Notes: generated by a model not told the origin, from the sequence alone. 64,000 bases of DNA from Octopus sinensis (GCF_006345805.1 NC_043008.1:54994001-55058000); one strand, 5' to 3'; shown: positions 14,643-27,107, counted from the stretch's first letter. Numbers and translations: made by a program.

Positions 14643-14841
14643 GGCGCAGGAGTGGCTGTGTGGTAAGTAGCTTGATTACCAACCACATGGTTCGGGGTTC
14701 AGTCCAGTTCTGAGATCCCTTCTGCTAATGAGTCGTGCGTGGCACCTTGGACAAGTGTCTTCTACTATAGCCTCGGGCCGACCAAAGCCTTGTGAGTGGA
14801 TTTAGTAGACGGAAACTGGAAGAAGCCCGTCGTATATGTAT

Positions 14842-14882
<41 letters not shown>

Positions 14883-15103
14883 GTGTGTGTGTCTGTTTGA
14901 CCCCTCTCCCCCCTCCAGCATCGCTTGACAACCGATGCTGGTGTGTTTACGTCCCCGTAACTTAGCGGTTCGGCAAAATAGACCGATAGAATAAGTACTA
15001 GGCTTACAAAGAATAAGCTGTGGGGTCGATTTGCTCGACTATAAAGGCGGTGCTTCAGCATGGCCGCAGTCAAATGCCTGAAACAAGTAAAAGAGAAAAA
15101 GAG
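14643..15103 (+). mobile_element. SINE family B (tRNA-like head, CORE-like CCTTGGRCAAGTGTCTT, internal (TA)/(TG)n, GTAAAAGAG tail)
   Basis: Same family at ~22150-22670, 30240-30610, 46530-46880(-), 51646-52060, 52664-52911, 59528-59950, 61200-61960(-). Confidence 0.88.
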
Positions 15104-15886
15104 AGTCTATACCGCTTCCCCTCCGCCATAAGCTCCAACTCACAGTATACGGAGTTATTATTTATGTTTTGAATTATCTATCAGCAAGAACACAGCTGAC
15201 AAATGGTCGAATAGTAATTGTCTTACAATAAATCAATCCAACCTTTTTAATCGCTAGAAAATGTCTATTGACAGCCTATTCTACATAATAAAAGAAAAAT
15301 TTCGTCGAGTCGCTTCTGAACGAGGAAAAAAGTAAAAGTCATCTGCTGTTTGTGGCGATATGAGAAATTTAGTCAATTATTGATTGGTGGTTTCATAAAT
15401 TAAAATTGCGTTTTCCTTTCAGTGAAAGGCGGTTATTTTCGTATAGTGTATCCAAGAGGATGTTTTGAGAGAAATTCTGGATTTTATTGTTTTTAGATGC
15501 ACATCTAGGCAGGATACTTGTATTGTGTGAGTAAGAAAGCAATGCAATATATGGAATATATTGGTGATGGTAAATTTTTAAAATATCCATTGGATCGATT
15601 AAGCAGCATTTAATACTCTGTCTTCATTTTCAAATTCCTCTGAGGTCGACTTTGCCTTTCGTCCTTTCGAGATCGATAAATTAAGTACCACTTGCGTACT
15701 GAAGTCGATCTAATCGACTGGCCCTTCCCCAAAAATTTCAGACCTTGTGTAAAGTAGAAAAGAATGTCTTGTCTTCATTCATTAAATCTCTGTTAATTAG
15801 CTCTGATGGAACTATACCCTTTCAAACCTATAACAACCGTGTCAGGACATTGAACTCAGCTCTTCAAGCTTATGTTTTACTTATGG

Positions 15887-16270
15887 TGGAAGCACTCCGT
15901 CGGTTACGACGATGAGGGTTCCGGTTGATCCGAATCAACGGAACAGCCTGCTCGTGAAATTAACGTGTAAGTGGCTGAGCACTCTACAGACACGTGCACC
16001 CTTAACGTAGTTCTCGGGGATATTCAGCGTGACACAGAGAGTGACAAGGCCGGCCCCTTGAAATACAGGTACAACAGAAACAGGAAGTAAGAGTGAGAGA
16101 AAGTTGTGGTGAAAGAGTACAGCAGGGATCACCACCATCCCCTGCCGGAGCCTCGTGGAGCTTTTAGGTGTTTTCGCTCAATAAACACTCACAACGCCCG
16201 GTCTGGGAATCGAAACCGCGATCCTATGACCGCGAGTTCGCTGCCCTAACCACTGGGCCATTGCGCCTCC
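15887..16270 (-). mobile_element. SINE family C, full length
   Basis: tRNA-Arg-like head GGAGGCGCAATGGCCCAGTGGTTAGGG...GGTTTCGATTCCC; near-identical to 22818-23201. Confidence 0.9.
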
Positions 16271-17212
16271 TGTTTTGCTTATAAACTATAACTGAATCCT
16301 TTTCTGTACGGAATTGATCGTTTGCCAGTTAAATATATTTACCTTGGCAATTGTACATCACAAATCCACTCTACAGACTGTCACCTTTAATTTATTTTAT
16401 CAGACGGCCACACGGTCACTGCAGCCACCACTAACTCACGATACAAAGTTAACAGCATTAAACAACATTAAATTTGCATATATTTATTCTTTAAACATTC
16501 CGGCAAATTCGAACGTGCATACGCTAATCATTGTTGTTATTCGGCACAGGAGAACATTTCCATTTACCACAATTCACAAGGGATTCCTAGATCCCTTCTG
16601 CTAATGAGTCGTGTGTGATATGAACACACATTCGTCGTAAAGGAGTTGTTCTCTTGTGAACGAAACACGATAGCGATTAGCATATTCGCATTCGAATCTG
16701 CCCGAACGTATCACAAATAACTATGCAAGTCAATATTTTGATTCTCGCTAAGGCGACCAGCTGGCCGAATCGTTAGCATACTGGGCAAAATGCTTAGCGG
16801 CATTTCGTCCGTTTTTTACGTTCTGAGTTCAAATTCCACCGAGGTCGACTTTGCCTTTCATATTGCCAGGGTTCGATAAAATAAGTACCAGTTGGGTACT
16901 GGAGGTCAATGTAATCGATTAGCCCTCCACTTCCTCAAAATTTCGGGCCTTCTGCTAAAATTTGAAATTATTATTTTGATTTTCGTTGTTCACCATGCAT
17001 ATGATAATTTATTATCTGTAGGGAATAAAAATTTGTTTTGAAAGCATTTACGAGATATTACGGATGTTTGAGAAATATATTTTTAAATGAGCTTTACTTC
17101 GGCGCAAAAGTGCTGCTTTGCTTTTTAAATTTCAATTAGGCCAGAATTAGATTATATTTATTATTTGATACAAATAAAATTTTTCCTTCTTGCACAAAGA
17201 CACAATTTAGTA

Positions 17213-17443
17213 GAAGAAAATAACCTCGCTGAACCCTAAGGGAACCTTAAGGACTCATAAGGCCAGTTATTCGATTTCCAAAGCATATAGCTGAAGAAAA
17301 TAACCTCGCTGAACCCCGAGGGAACCCTAAGGACTCATAAGGCCAGTTATTCGATTTCCAAAGCATATAGCTGAAGAAAATAACCACGCTGAACCCTAAG
17401 GACTCATAAGGCCAGTTATTCGATTTCCAAAGCATATAGCTGA
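17213..17443. repeat. 80-bp tandem repeat, about 3 copies
   Basis: GAAGAAAATAACC starts at 17213, 17293, 17373; third copy lacks 11 bp. Confidence 0.9.
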
Positions 17444-17802
17444 GCGAGGTCACAATAATCCCTTTGAAATAATCCCCGGAAAGGATGAAAGGCAAAATCG
17501 ACTTCGATGAAATTTGAACTCCCTATGTAATGGCGGACGAAATGCCGCTAAACACTTTGTGCGGCGTGCTAACGAATCTGCCAGCTCGCTGTCTTTACCT
17601 GGTACATTATTTATTGACTGTAGAGAAATGGAAATTAGAGTCGATTTCAGAAGAGCTTGAACTTAGAATTTGGAGGGATAAAGAATTTTTAATGCTCATT
17701 TACTGGTTCAACCAACCCTTTCTTAGATACATATAAACTGGCGTAAACTCACATTTCGAACGAGAGTAAGTAATTGCATATATTAATGGTATTTATTTTC
17801 AG

Positions 17803-17853
17803 AAGACTGTGTTGCAACTATAAAGATTCGGTGGAAATGGAACTCAAGAGGGG
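17803..17853 (+). CDS. Candidate small upstream exon of the H1-like gene
   Basis: Acceptor TATTTATTTTCAG; (E)DCVATIKIRWKWNSRG ends in phase 1 at a weak donor G|GTGATA and joins 18006 in frame to give ...SRG-G-LSHQAISKYI, like H1 ERGGSS.QAI.KYI. Confidence 0.3.
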
Positions 17854-18005
17854 GTGATATACATTCTTATACTCAAGTGCTTTCAAATATATATATATTC
17901 TAATCTCCATTATTCTTTAACCTCACTTTCTTATATAGATATATACCCGTCCACACTGATGAACTCACCCACAGTACATAAATATACATTTTGTTTTTCA
18001 TTAAG

Positions 18006-18487
18006 GATTATCTCACCAGGCTATTAGCAAATATATTGGAATTGTGTATAACTTATCACCAGTCGATAAACGTGTACGGACTCTACTAAAGATGAACTTA
18101 GTTCGAGATATAGAAGTTTATTTCCACCAACCAAGTGATGAGGGCGCTAATAGTTTGTTCAAAATTATTAAAGAGGAACCGAAAGCTCAAGAGCAAGCTA
18201 AACCAAAGCAAGAAGTAACCTCTGAGATTAGTAAACCGGAAAATATTACAACCGAGAAAATCGAAATGTCTTCGGAGAAACCTTTACCGTTCGTGCCACC
18301 AAAGAAACCAAGGAGTGAAGTTTCCACCTCGAAAACTGGAAAACGCATGATGTCAAGTAAGCTTGTTAATAACGGGAAGACTACAAAGTTGACAGGGTCA
18401 CAGTTACCTCCTTACAAAAAAGTTGTAAACCCTAAGAAAGTGATCTTTAATCCAAAATACAAAGAGAATTATACAGCAAGAGTGTAA
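18006..18487 (+). CDS. Exon encoding C-terminal half of a divergent linker histone H1/H5 (H15) winged-helix domain plus K/P/E/S-rich tail
   Basis: Acceptor TTTGTTTTTCATTAAG|GA; frame reads GLSHQAISKYIGIVYNLSPVDKRVRTLLKMNLVRDIEVYFHQPSDEGANSLFKII, matching H1 GSSxQAIxKYI...GAxGSFKL with near-identical spacing (35 vs ~34 aa from KYI to GA); AATAAA near 19000. Confidence 0.65.
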
Positions 18488-18663
18488 GTTTCCTCCTTAC
18501 AAAAAAGTTGTAAACCCTAAGAAAGTGGTCTTTAATCCAAAATACAAAGAGAATTATACAGCAAGAGTGTAAGTTTCCTCCTTACAAAAAAGTTGTAAAC
18601 CCTAAGAAAGTGGTCTTTAATCCAAAATACAAAGAGAATTATGCAGCAAGAGTGTAAGTTTCC
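18407..18663. repeat. 85-bp tandem triplication spanning the H1-like stop codon
   Basis: CCTCCTTACAAAAAAG starts at 18407, 18492, 18577; near-identical copies. Confidence 0.95.
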
Positions 18664-19979
18664 AAAGGCCTAAAAAAAATTCTGGAAATATATATATTCG
18701 CTATGGAATTTATTGTGCACTTTACTTGTATTGAGCATTATTCTATGAATTTTTTTTTTTTTTTTTTTTTTTTTAGAACATTTCAAAGGATATTATTTTG
18801 CAACTTTGTTGCACTGTTCATTTTTAAACAAATTCTATATAAATGTTGTACAAATATTACTTTCTCAATGTAGATTAGTTTTGGGAAACCACCATTTCAG
18901 CATGTTTGAAGTTGTGACTTCATCAACAGATTTTAAACTTAAAAACTGAATAGATTTTTAAAACTTTTTTCTTTAAACCAAAACTCTTTTGTTACCAGAA
19001 ATAAAAGTATAAATCTCATTAGTTTTTAATTCTTTAGAGGATCGTTCCAGGTTATAATTTAGCCCATAGAATAGAACTCCGTATTTAGCTGAAAAACCGA
19101 TTAACTTCCCCAAAACATTAAATTTCATATTTTTATCTTCAGCTTCGTTCTTGTTATTTGCACAACTATGTAAAGTAGAAAATAAACCAATTTTGCTAAT
19201 TGGAATTTTCTTTTTGTATTCCGGCTTCCGATTTTTGAATTCTAGTCCCGAGGTCTACTTAATCTTTCGCTTTTTTGTGGAGTGTATAAAAATCTTTCAA
19301 ACACTAATTTGAAGGGCCGAGTAGTTCGGTGTCATACTCGTGATGGTAAGATCGTGGTTCGAATATACTGAACCAGACTGTGCGTTGTGGTCTTAAACAA
19401 AAATCCTTAAAATCAGAACATGAACATCACCGAATTCCAAATTTTCTTGCTTCCACAAATGCAAATTTTTTTTTTTTTTTTTTTTTTTTTACTCCTAATT
19501 CAATATCTATTAAATTCTAGACCCAAAAGTACGTTTATGTAAGCACGATTTCGTTTGACCCACAAGAAGTAAAACAAAAAAAAACGGCCAACCGCATGAT
19601 TTTTGTGTTTCCGACTGAATATAGCGTTTCTGCTGATTAGCGTGCCGCAAACACAAAACCACGCGTTGTCTAGGGATATAGTCAAATGATATGGCACTCG
19701 CTAAAGCATGCTTTGCAAGTTCAAAGGTTTTGACAACATTGTGTCAGACTGGGGAGAGTCAAATGCAAATCCCTCTCACATTGAATTCAGTAACTAGTAT
19801 GAATCAATTTGTTTCCATTGTTATTGGGTTGGTGCTTAATTATTGCGGCAGCTTTTTCAACAAATTTTATTCAACAATAACATGTAACAAAACCCTATTT
19901 GAAACTATATATTAACTTTATGAAAATAGTTCTCAAAAACCCTGCTTCAATAACTACAGCATTCCAAACATAGTACGCG

Positions 19980-20021
<42 letters not shown>

Positions 20022-20030
20022 TTATTTTAT

Positions 20031-20180
20031 AGGAGCTTCTACAGGACTAGAACTGTTTCATTCAAATGAAACAGTTCTAGTCCTGTAGAAGCTCCTTCTA
20101 TAAAATATATTAATTTACTCTGCCATGTATTGAGTACCTTATTTACTGTGGTTAACCCCGACTCAACCCGGGACCTACAT
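20031..20180. mobile_element. Fold-back element, centre-deleted copy of the 36852 palindrome, with shared tail
   Basis: 32-bp arms 20031-20062/20065-20096, then ...GAGTACCTTATTTACTGTGGTTAACCCCGACTCAACCCGGGACCTACAT as at ~36970-37045; flanked by (TA)n. Confidence 0.85.
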
Positions 20181-20184
20181 ACAT

Positions 20185-20215
<31 letters not shown>

Positions 20216-20546
20216 AGTACAAAGTGAGATAGGGGTTATGAGTGTAACCCACTATGGGATATCATTTATCCAATATACTGCCAGTAAAGTACCCAGAAGG
20301 CTAATACATAAATGCTAAGAATTGCAATTAATTCATTTATTGTATTTTATGGGCGAAGGTAAAATGTTTTACCTCAAATTCATAATACAAAATAAGAAAA
20401 TGGAGGAATAGATTTCTTTCAATCATCAACTTCCAGATAATACCAATTCATATAAGTTATTAACTGATTATTTAGATTAAATAGGAACATCTAAATCTAA
20501 CAGAATAAAACAATATACATCAATACCTATGGTATTATCTTATATG

Positions 20547-20581
<35 letters not shown>

Positions 20582-21715
20582 GCGCAGGCATAGGTGCACG
20601 GTAAAGGAGCTTGCTGGGCAAGTGTCTACTATATTCCCTGGCCGATCATGCTTTGTGAGTGAATTTGGTAGACAAACTGCGTAGAAGTTCGCTAAATATG
20701 CATACCTTCGTGCCTGTGTTAATGCCCCTCCCTTTGAATGATTATTCCGGAGCATATTCACCATCTACTTCAATTACTGCTTCCCATTTGCTTGGCAGAC
20801 GGTCAGACCGTCATTTAAAGATGTTTTTGTTAAATATTATTTTTGTTGGAAAAAAAAAAGCCTCAATTATGTACCGACCCAATAATACTCTTGAAATTCA
20901 AACAACTGCTATAATTTTCACTTTTCTGTAATTGAAAGATGAAATGTATATGAAATTACTTTTTACGTGGCCACTAAAGCCAGTGCTCCGAGTGTTATGA
21001 AAGAAACAATGAAATTATCCTTGATATAATCGTTAGTTATACATGAACGAAAAGAGAAAGCGAGTTTGATGTCCCCCGCCATTCGGAGTAAAACGAAGAT
21101 GAGTCAAAATAGATTTAAAGAGGCAAGGTTGGAATGGATTTGGGAGGAATAAACGGAGATACAGAAACGCCGGTTTATCGCATCAAAATACTTTTCTTTC
21201 TTACTCCAATCTCTGCTTAATACCTTCATATATGCACGTGTGTGCACGCATGCATCTTTTAGCTTTGACTTATTTGTCATTGGGCATCTGCCATGCTGGG
21301 GCACGGCCTTGAAGGATTTCAGTAGAACAGATCGACTCCACTACTTATTTTTATATCTGGGTCTTATTCTACCGGTCTCTTTTGCCGAACTGCTAACTTA
21401 GGGGATGTAAACAAAACTAACACTGATGGTCAAGCGGTGGGAGGGGCATTAACACTTTCCCAAGGTATCACGACTGAACCCGGAACCATGTGGTTGGTAA
21501 GCAAGATTTGAAGGCCGGCTACCCGAGGTCACAACATTTCCCCCCTCAATCGGACACTTGTTCGTTGCAGGGTTCAAAGCCAGCGGTTTTGAGGAAGTGG
21601 GGGTAAGTCGATTTCATCTACCCTAGTTCTTGACTGGTACTTTATTTTATCAAACTCGAAAGTCTGGAAGGCAAAGTTGATCTCATTTGAACTCGGAACG
21701 TTAAAAGCCGAAAAA

Positions 21716-21950
21716 AATACCTATTTCTTTATTACCCACAAAGGGCTAAACACAGAGGGGACAAACAAGGACAGACAAAGGGATTAAGTCGATTACATCG
21801 ACCCAGTTCGTAACTGGTACTTAATTTATCGACCCCGAAAGGATGAAATGCAAAGTCGACCTCGGCGGAATTTGATCTCACAACGTAACGCAGACGAAAT
21901 ACCGCTAAGCATTTCGCCCGGCGTGCTAACGTTTCTGCCAGCTCGCCGCC
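21716..21950 (-). mobile_element. SINE family A
   Basis: Full head and body, reverse strand. Confidence 0.9.
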
Positions 21951-22817
21951 GAAAAAAATACCGCTAAGCATTTTGTCCGACGCGCTAACTTTTCTGGCAG
22001 CTTGTTTGACTATATAATCTCTACATACTTCGTGTGAAATATAATTAGCCACCCAACATTATATTTTTATTTATTTATTTATTTGATTTTACGCATAAAA
22101 TTATTTTACAACTGGCATGGCTCTATAGTTTAAGAAGTTCGCTTTGCAGCCGCGTATTTTTGGATTCAGTCCCATTGCGCGGTATGTTGGGCAAGTGTCT
22201 CCCAGTATTAGCCCCGGCCGACCATTTCCTGGTGAATGTATTTGGTAAACTGAAACGGTGGAAGTCCGCTGTGTGTATTTGTCTGTGTGTCTGCTCGCCC
22301 GCTTGACGGAAAATGAAAGAAGCCTGTTTATATATTTATGTATATATCTATCTATGCATGTGTGCCTTTGCGTCTGTATTTGTTCCCCATCACCGTCTGA
22401 CAATTGGTGTTGGTATGTTTGCGTCCCTGTAGCCAAAGCAGTTTTGCAAAAGATACCGAGAGAATATGCACTAGGCTTAAAAATAAGTCCTGGTATCGAT
22501 TTGTTCGTTGTTGGTTTATTTACGTCTTCGTAACTCAGCGTTTCGGCAAAAGAGACCATTAGAATAAACATAATTTTAAAAAATAGTACTGGGGTTAATT
22601 TATTCGACTACAGATACTTGAAAGAGGCGCTCCAGTATGGCCGCAAATCAATGACTGAAACTAGTAAAAGAAAGTTATATAGCATTTGAAACCTCCTGCT
22701 ACGTTTTGAAAATATTTTTAATGAAGTATTTTAATAACCCATTTAAATTTCGGGCAGCCTCTGGACAAATTTCAAAGACTAAATTTATTCCAGGAATGTA
22801 ATACTGTTGTATGTCGT

Positions 22818-23201
22818 GGAGGCGCAATGGCCCAGTGGTTAGGGCAGCGGACTCGCGGTCATAGGATCGGGGTTTCGATTCCCAGACCGGGCGTTGTGAG
22901 TGTTTATTGAGCGAAAACACCTAAAAGCTCCACGAGGCTCCGGCAGGGGATGGTGGTGATCCCTGCTGTACTCTTTCACCACAACTTTCTCTCACTCTTA
23001 CTTCCTGTTTCTGTTGTACCTGTATTTCAAGGGGCCGGCCTTGTCACTCTCTGTGTCACGCTGAATATCCCCGAGAACTACGTTAAGGGTGCACGTGTCT
23101 GTGGAGTGCTCAGCCACTTACACGTTAATTTCACGAGCAGGCTGTTCCGTTGATTCGGATCAACCGGAACCCTCATCGTCGTAACCGACGGAGTGCTTCC
23201 A
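22818..23201 (+). mobile_element. SINE family C, full length with TSD
   Basis: TSD-like ACTGTTGTATGTC at 22803-22815 and 23209-23221. Confidence 0.92.
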
Positions 23202-23204
23202 TAT

Positions 23205-23520
23205 ATCCACTGTTGTATGTCATGCTAGCAGCTTACCACGAAGATTGCTTGTCGAAATACCTCCTGGAAGATGATGGTATAGGCCATGTCGTTTCCTGTA
23301 CACTGTTGACTTGCAGTCCTCCCTCGGTAAATTCCATTCCTTCAGCCTGGATGCTAAAAGTTCAGCTCCTGACTTGGTCAGGCCTAAGTCACTGATGAGA
23401 TCATCCAGTTCACGTTGATTTGGAAACTGGGGCGGGTACTCATTTTTGGTTCGAACCTTCGTCCATTTCTTGGTTGCTGATACCTTCGGACTCTTCTCAT
23501 GACACCTCTGTATCTTTTAG
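23205..23520 (-). mobile_element. DNA transposase relic, CMC/Chapaev-3-like
   Basis: Minus strand reads PQFPNQRELDDLISDLGLTKSGAELLASRLKEWNLPREDCKSTVYRKRH, recognised from memory as the ELNDLIRDLGL.K..AELL.SRLKE.NL block of animal CMC transposases. Confidence 0.65.
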
Positions 23521-23761
23521 CTGACATGATAAAATGTTTACATATAACTTGAAGCATAGAATAAGTTTAATTAGTAACCATAACATTAAAAGAAAACTTA
23601 ACTAAATGTTTTTAACCTTTGAATTTTGATTGTTTTATCTTGCATATGAAATTTAAATTCGATTTGAACGTTGTGATGGGATTTTCTTACATTTTCTGAT
23701 GGTTGTGGTACTAGTAGCTTGTCATCATGTAGTACAGCTGCAATAGAGGATGGTATGCTAA

Positions 23762-24364
23762 GGCGGCGAGCTGGCAGAATCATTAGCACGGCGGGCGAAA
23801 TGCTCAGCAGTATTTCGTCTGCCGTTACGTTCTGAGTTCAAATTCCGCCGAGGTCGACTTTGCTTTTCATCCTTTCGGGGGTCGATAAATTAAGTACCAG
23901 TTACGCACTGGGGTCGATGTAATCGACTTAATCCCTTTGTCTGTCCTTGATTGTCCTCTCTGTGTTTAACCCCTTGTGGGTAGTAAAGAAATAGGTATTT
24001 CGTCTGCCGTTACGTTTTGAGTTCAAATTCCGCCGAGGTCGACTTTGCTTTTCATCCTTTCGGGGGTCGATAAATTAAGTACCAGTTACGCACTGGGGTC
24101 GATGTAATCGACTTAATCCCTTTGTCTGTCCTTGATTGTCCTCTCTGTGTTTAGCCCCTTGTGGGTAGTAAAGAAATAGGTATTTCGTCTGCCGTTACGT
24201 TTTGAGTTCAAATTCCGCCGAGGTCGACTTTGCTTTTCATCCTTTCGGGGGTCGATAAATTAAGTACCAGTTACGCACTGGAGTTGATGTAATCGACTTA
24301 ATCCCTCTGTCTGTCCTTGTTTGTCACCTCTATGCTTAACCCCTTGTGAGCAATAAAGAAATAA
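23762..24364 (+). mobile_element. SINE family A trimer with TSD
   Basis: One head, three body units; TSD GAGGATGG(T/C)ATGCT on both sides. Confidence 0.93.
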
Positions 24365-24449
24365 GAGGATGGCATGCTGGGATACTTTAGTGCTTGTTTT
24401 CCTTTAACTTTTTGGTACTTTGTTACGTCAATCATCCAAGAATAGCAAT

Positions 24450-25420
24450 AATCGTGATGGGGTTTTTTTGGCTCTTGCTATACTCTTGGAATAACAAATG
24501 GCATGGCTCTTGCACTTTTTAGCCATCCTTCTAAACTAAATCGATAACTTCCATATATTACATGGGGGTGGGGACAAGGCTTATCTTGGTCACTCAAACT
24601 CTTTCCAAAGAAGCGTCTATAAACATTCCAGTGTTTAGCACCTTTCGCGATTTTAGGTGACCCTTACTTTGTTCGAACAAATGAGCAGAGGGTCCTTCCC
24701 CTAAACATTACATTTGTTGATAATTAGCGTAATTTCATATATCTCCAAAAGGATTGATGGTAGGGAAAACGTAAGATCATTTTCGGGATGGGCGTGAAAA
24801 TTTGCATAATAAACACTTTAAAAAATTAGGATAATCAAAGCTTTTGCAAAATTTTGTAACACAGTGTAATTTTTCTTCAGTTCAGAATAATTAGTATCAG
24901 CACTAGTAACTTCACTGATTATTTCAATTTTATGCAAATCAAGACAACCCTTAAAACTTTCAAGCCAGCCTTTACTCGCAAGAAAGTGTTTGATACCAGA
25001 AGGTTCACCGACCACTTTCTTGCTGATCGCCATATAAGTTTTTATATTTCGTTTGACTGTCCGTTGTGTTTATCTGAGTATTAGATCCCATCTGATCGTT
25101 AATACCCTCAGCCAAAAGCCGCTCCATACTGGGTTTGATTTCAGATCAGTGCCGGAACAAGATCTGGACATTTAACGAAATGATTGTTTTAGTTCTCTAC
25201 CTAATTTTATCTTTATCGCCACGTATTATTTCAATAATAGACATTAATATGTTTTGTATTATGGCTGGGTTTTCTACCGCACCAAACCTTTATAAAACAT
25301 TAAGATTAATGTCCACCAACATAATCCTTTTTGCGAGTCATGATCACACTACTGCCGACACTTCCACTTGGTCTCTTTACAGTCAACACTATAATACACT
25401 ATAATTTATACGTGAGTATT
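24450..25420 (-). mobile_element. Tigger/pogo transposase relic
   Basis: Minus ORF 25033-24818 FLASKGWLESFK...LHKIEII.EVTSAD resembles pogo F.ASKGWF..FK.R..LH.IK..GE.ASAD; upstream frame fragments MERLLAEGINDQ. Confidence 0.75.
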
Positions 25421-26716
25421 TAAATTTAACAGTAATAGACAAGAAATCGCCACCGAATGGTAAAACGAGTAGAATTCAAGTAAAGTTTCAACGTTGTACG
25501 TCAGCAAAAAGTAGTTCTCTTGTTGTCTTCTTGACTTGAACATAAAAATATAGAGGAAAAATAGAAAAGTGAAACGTGGGAAGTATCTTTTTAATAAAGT
25601 TTATGGAATGGTCCAGCCCGGTTGAACAAGGTAGTGATATGGATGAAAGAATAGATGAATACTGACTATATTCGAAAAAAAATTTCAGGCATACAAATCG
25701 AATTTTTCAGACCAAAATTTATAGCCAAAAAAAAAGAGTAGATTAACTTTTACACCAAGACGACTTTGGAGAACAAAACTTCCATGTGAAATGCAGCAGG
25801 ATTTAGAAAGATAATTACGATATGTGAATGCTTACGCTACATGTTTATACTATATACTACGTCGACTGGTATGCTGGAAAATATGGCATTTAAATTCGTT
25901 AAAATTTGAGTAAGCTTCCTTAATGGCGGAATTACTAGTCGTCACCCAAAATCAGCGGCCATATTTTGCAATCTCCGTTAGGGCGGAATTCCGTAACGAG
26001 TTTATGTAACAAGTTTATGTAACAAGGGTACTTGTACTTTACAATATTAACTTGTATTTTGTCTCGTGTTTAAACGATTTTGAAAATTCTCTTATCAAGA
26101 TAACAATTCGTTATTATCACCTCATGACATGTGACAATTAGCCATGAAAGCTGTGTCAGCAATGTGAATGCCATTTTTTTGTCAAACTGTGACTTCTTGA
26201 TCTCATTTTTTTGTCAAACTGTGACTTCTTAATCTCATTTTTTTTTGTTTTTTTAGCTAGTCACTATTGTTATCATATAAGGTCATATCGAGTAATCGTC
26301 CTTATTACATAAGAACAAGAGTTCAAATACTGCGCACACTAATTTTTCCTTTTATCCTTTTAACTACACTCTGCACGCATCTTCACATACTGCATGTGCA
26401 TAAGCATGCCTGTATTCACCTACATGTATTTACATCTTTGTATGAATATATTGCCGTTGAATCGGGGAGAAAACTGGGTTCGTCTTATCTGAGAGATGGA
26501 CAGCAAAGCCTGAAACCCGTTTATTTATTCTCTTTTTTTTTTTCAACAAAGCAAAAGCAAAGAAAAAATATTTTAACATTCCTATATTTCTCTCACAGCC
26601 TGACAGTCAGGTTTTCCACATAAGTGTTGGAATCAAGATATATATATTCCTTAACCGTAGGTCTGAGAACATATATATTGTCGGATTTACAGTCATGAGT
26701 AATGTACATACATACA

Positions 26717-26754
<38 letters not shown>

Positions 26755-26964
26755 ACACACACACACACTTATGATGGATCGCTAGTCACTACACATTCTG
26801 CATTTTCTCTCCTTGTTTCTTTCAGTGTTCCTTTCTGTGAAAGAGCGTAGGCTCGAAACGTTAAAGACTTTTTCACTTCCCGAGCGCTAAACTAATGCAT
26901 CTGTGTGTTGTCTACACCACCTGTCTTCGTCTTTTGTTTTTGTGAATTCTCTCACTCTCTCTCT

Positions 26965-26998
<34 letters not shown>

Positions 26999-27076
26999 CA
27001 TATTTCCTGAGCGCCTATTAATAATAATACTGTAATTGTTCCACTGTTGTTGTTTTTTTGTTTTCCCGTTTGGATT

Positions 27077-27107
<31 letters not shown>

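Noticed and set aside
17213-17443. 80-bp repeats as a CRISPR array or tandem hammerheads (contain CTGAAGA)
   Set aside because: The units are contiguous with no unique spacers, the context is eukaryotic, and no GAAA/stem III/stem I pairing can be built on either strand
22818-22890. tRNA-Arg-like gene
   Set aside because: It is the head of SINE family C: it continues into the SINE body, lacks a proper acceptor stem 3' strand and has multiple dispersed copies
23393-23445. CTGATGA...GAAAC as a hammerhead
   Set aside because: No stem I or stem III pairing; the sequence is the antisense of the transposase relic
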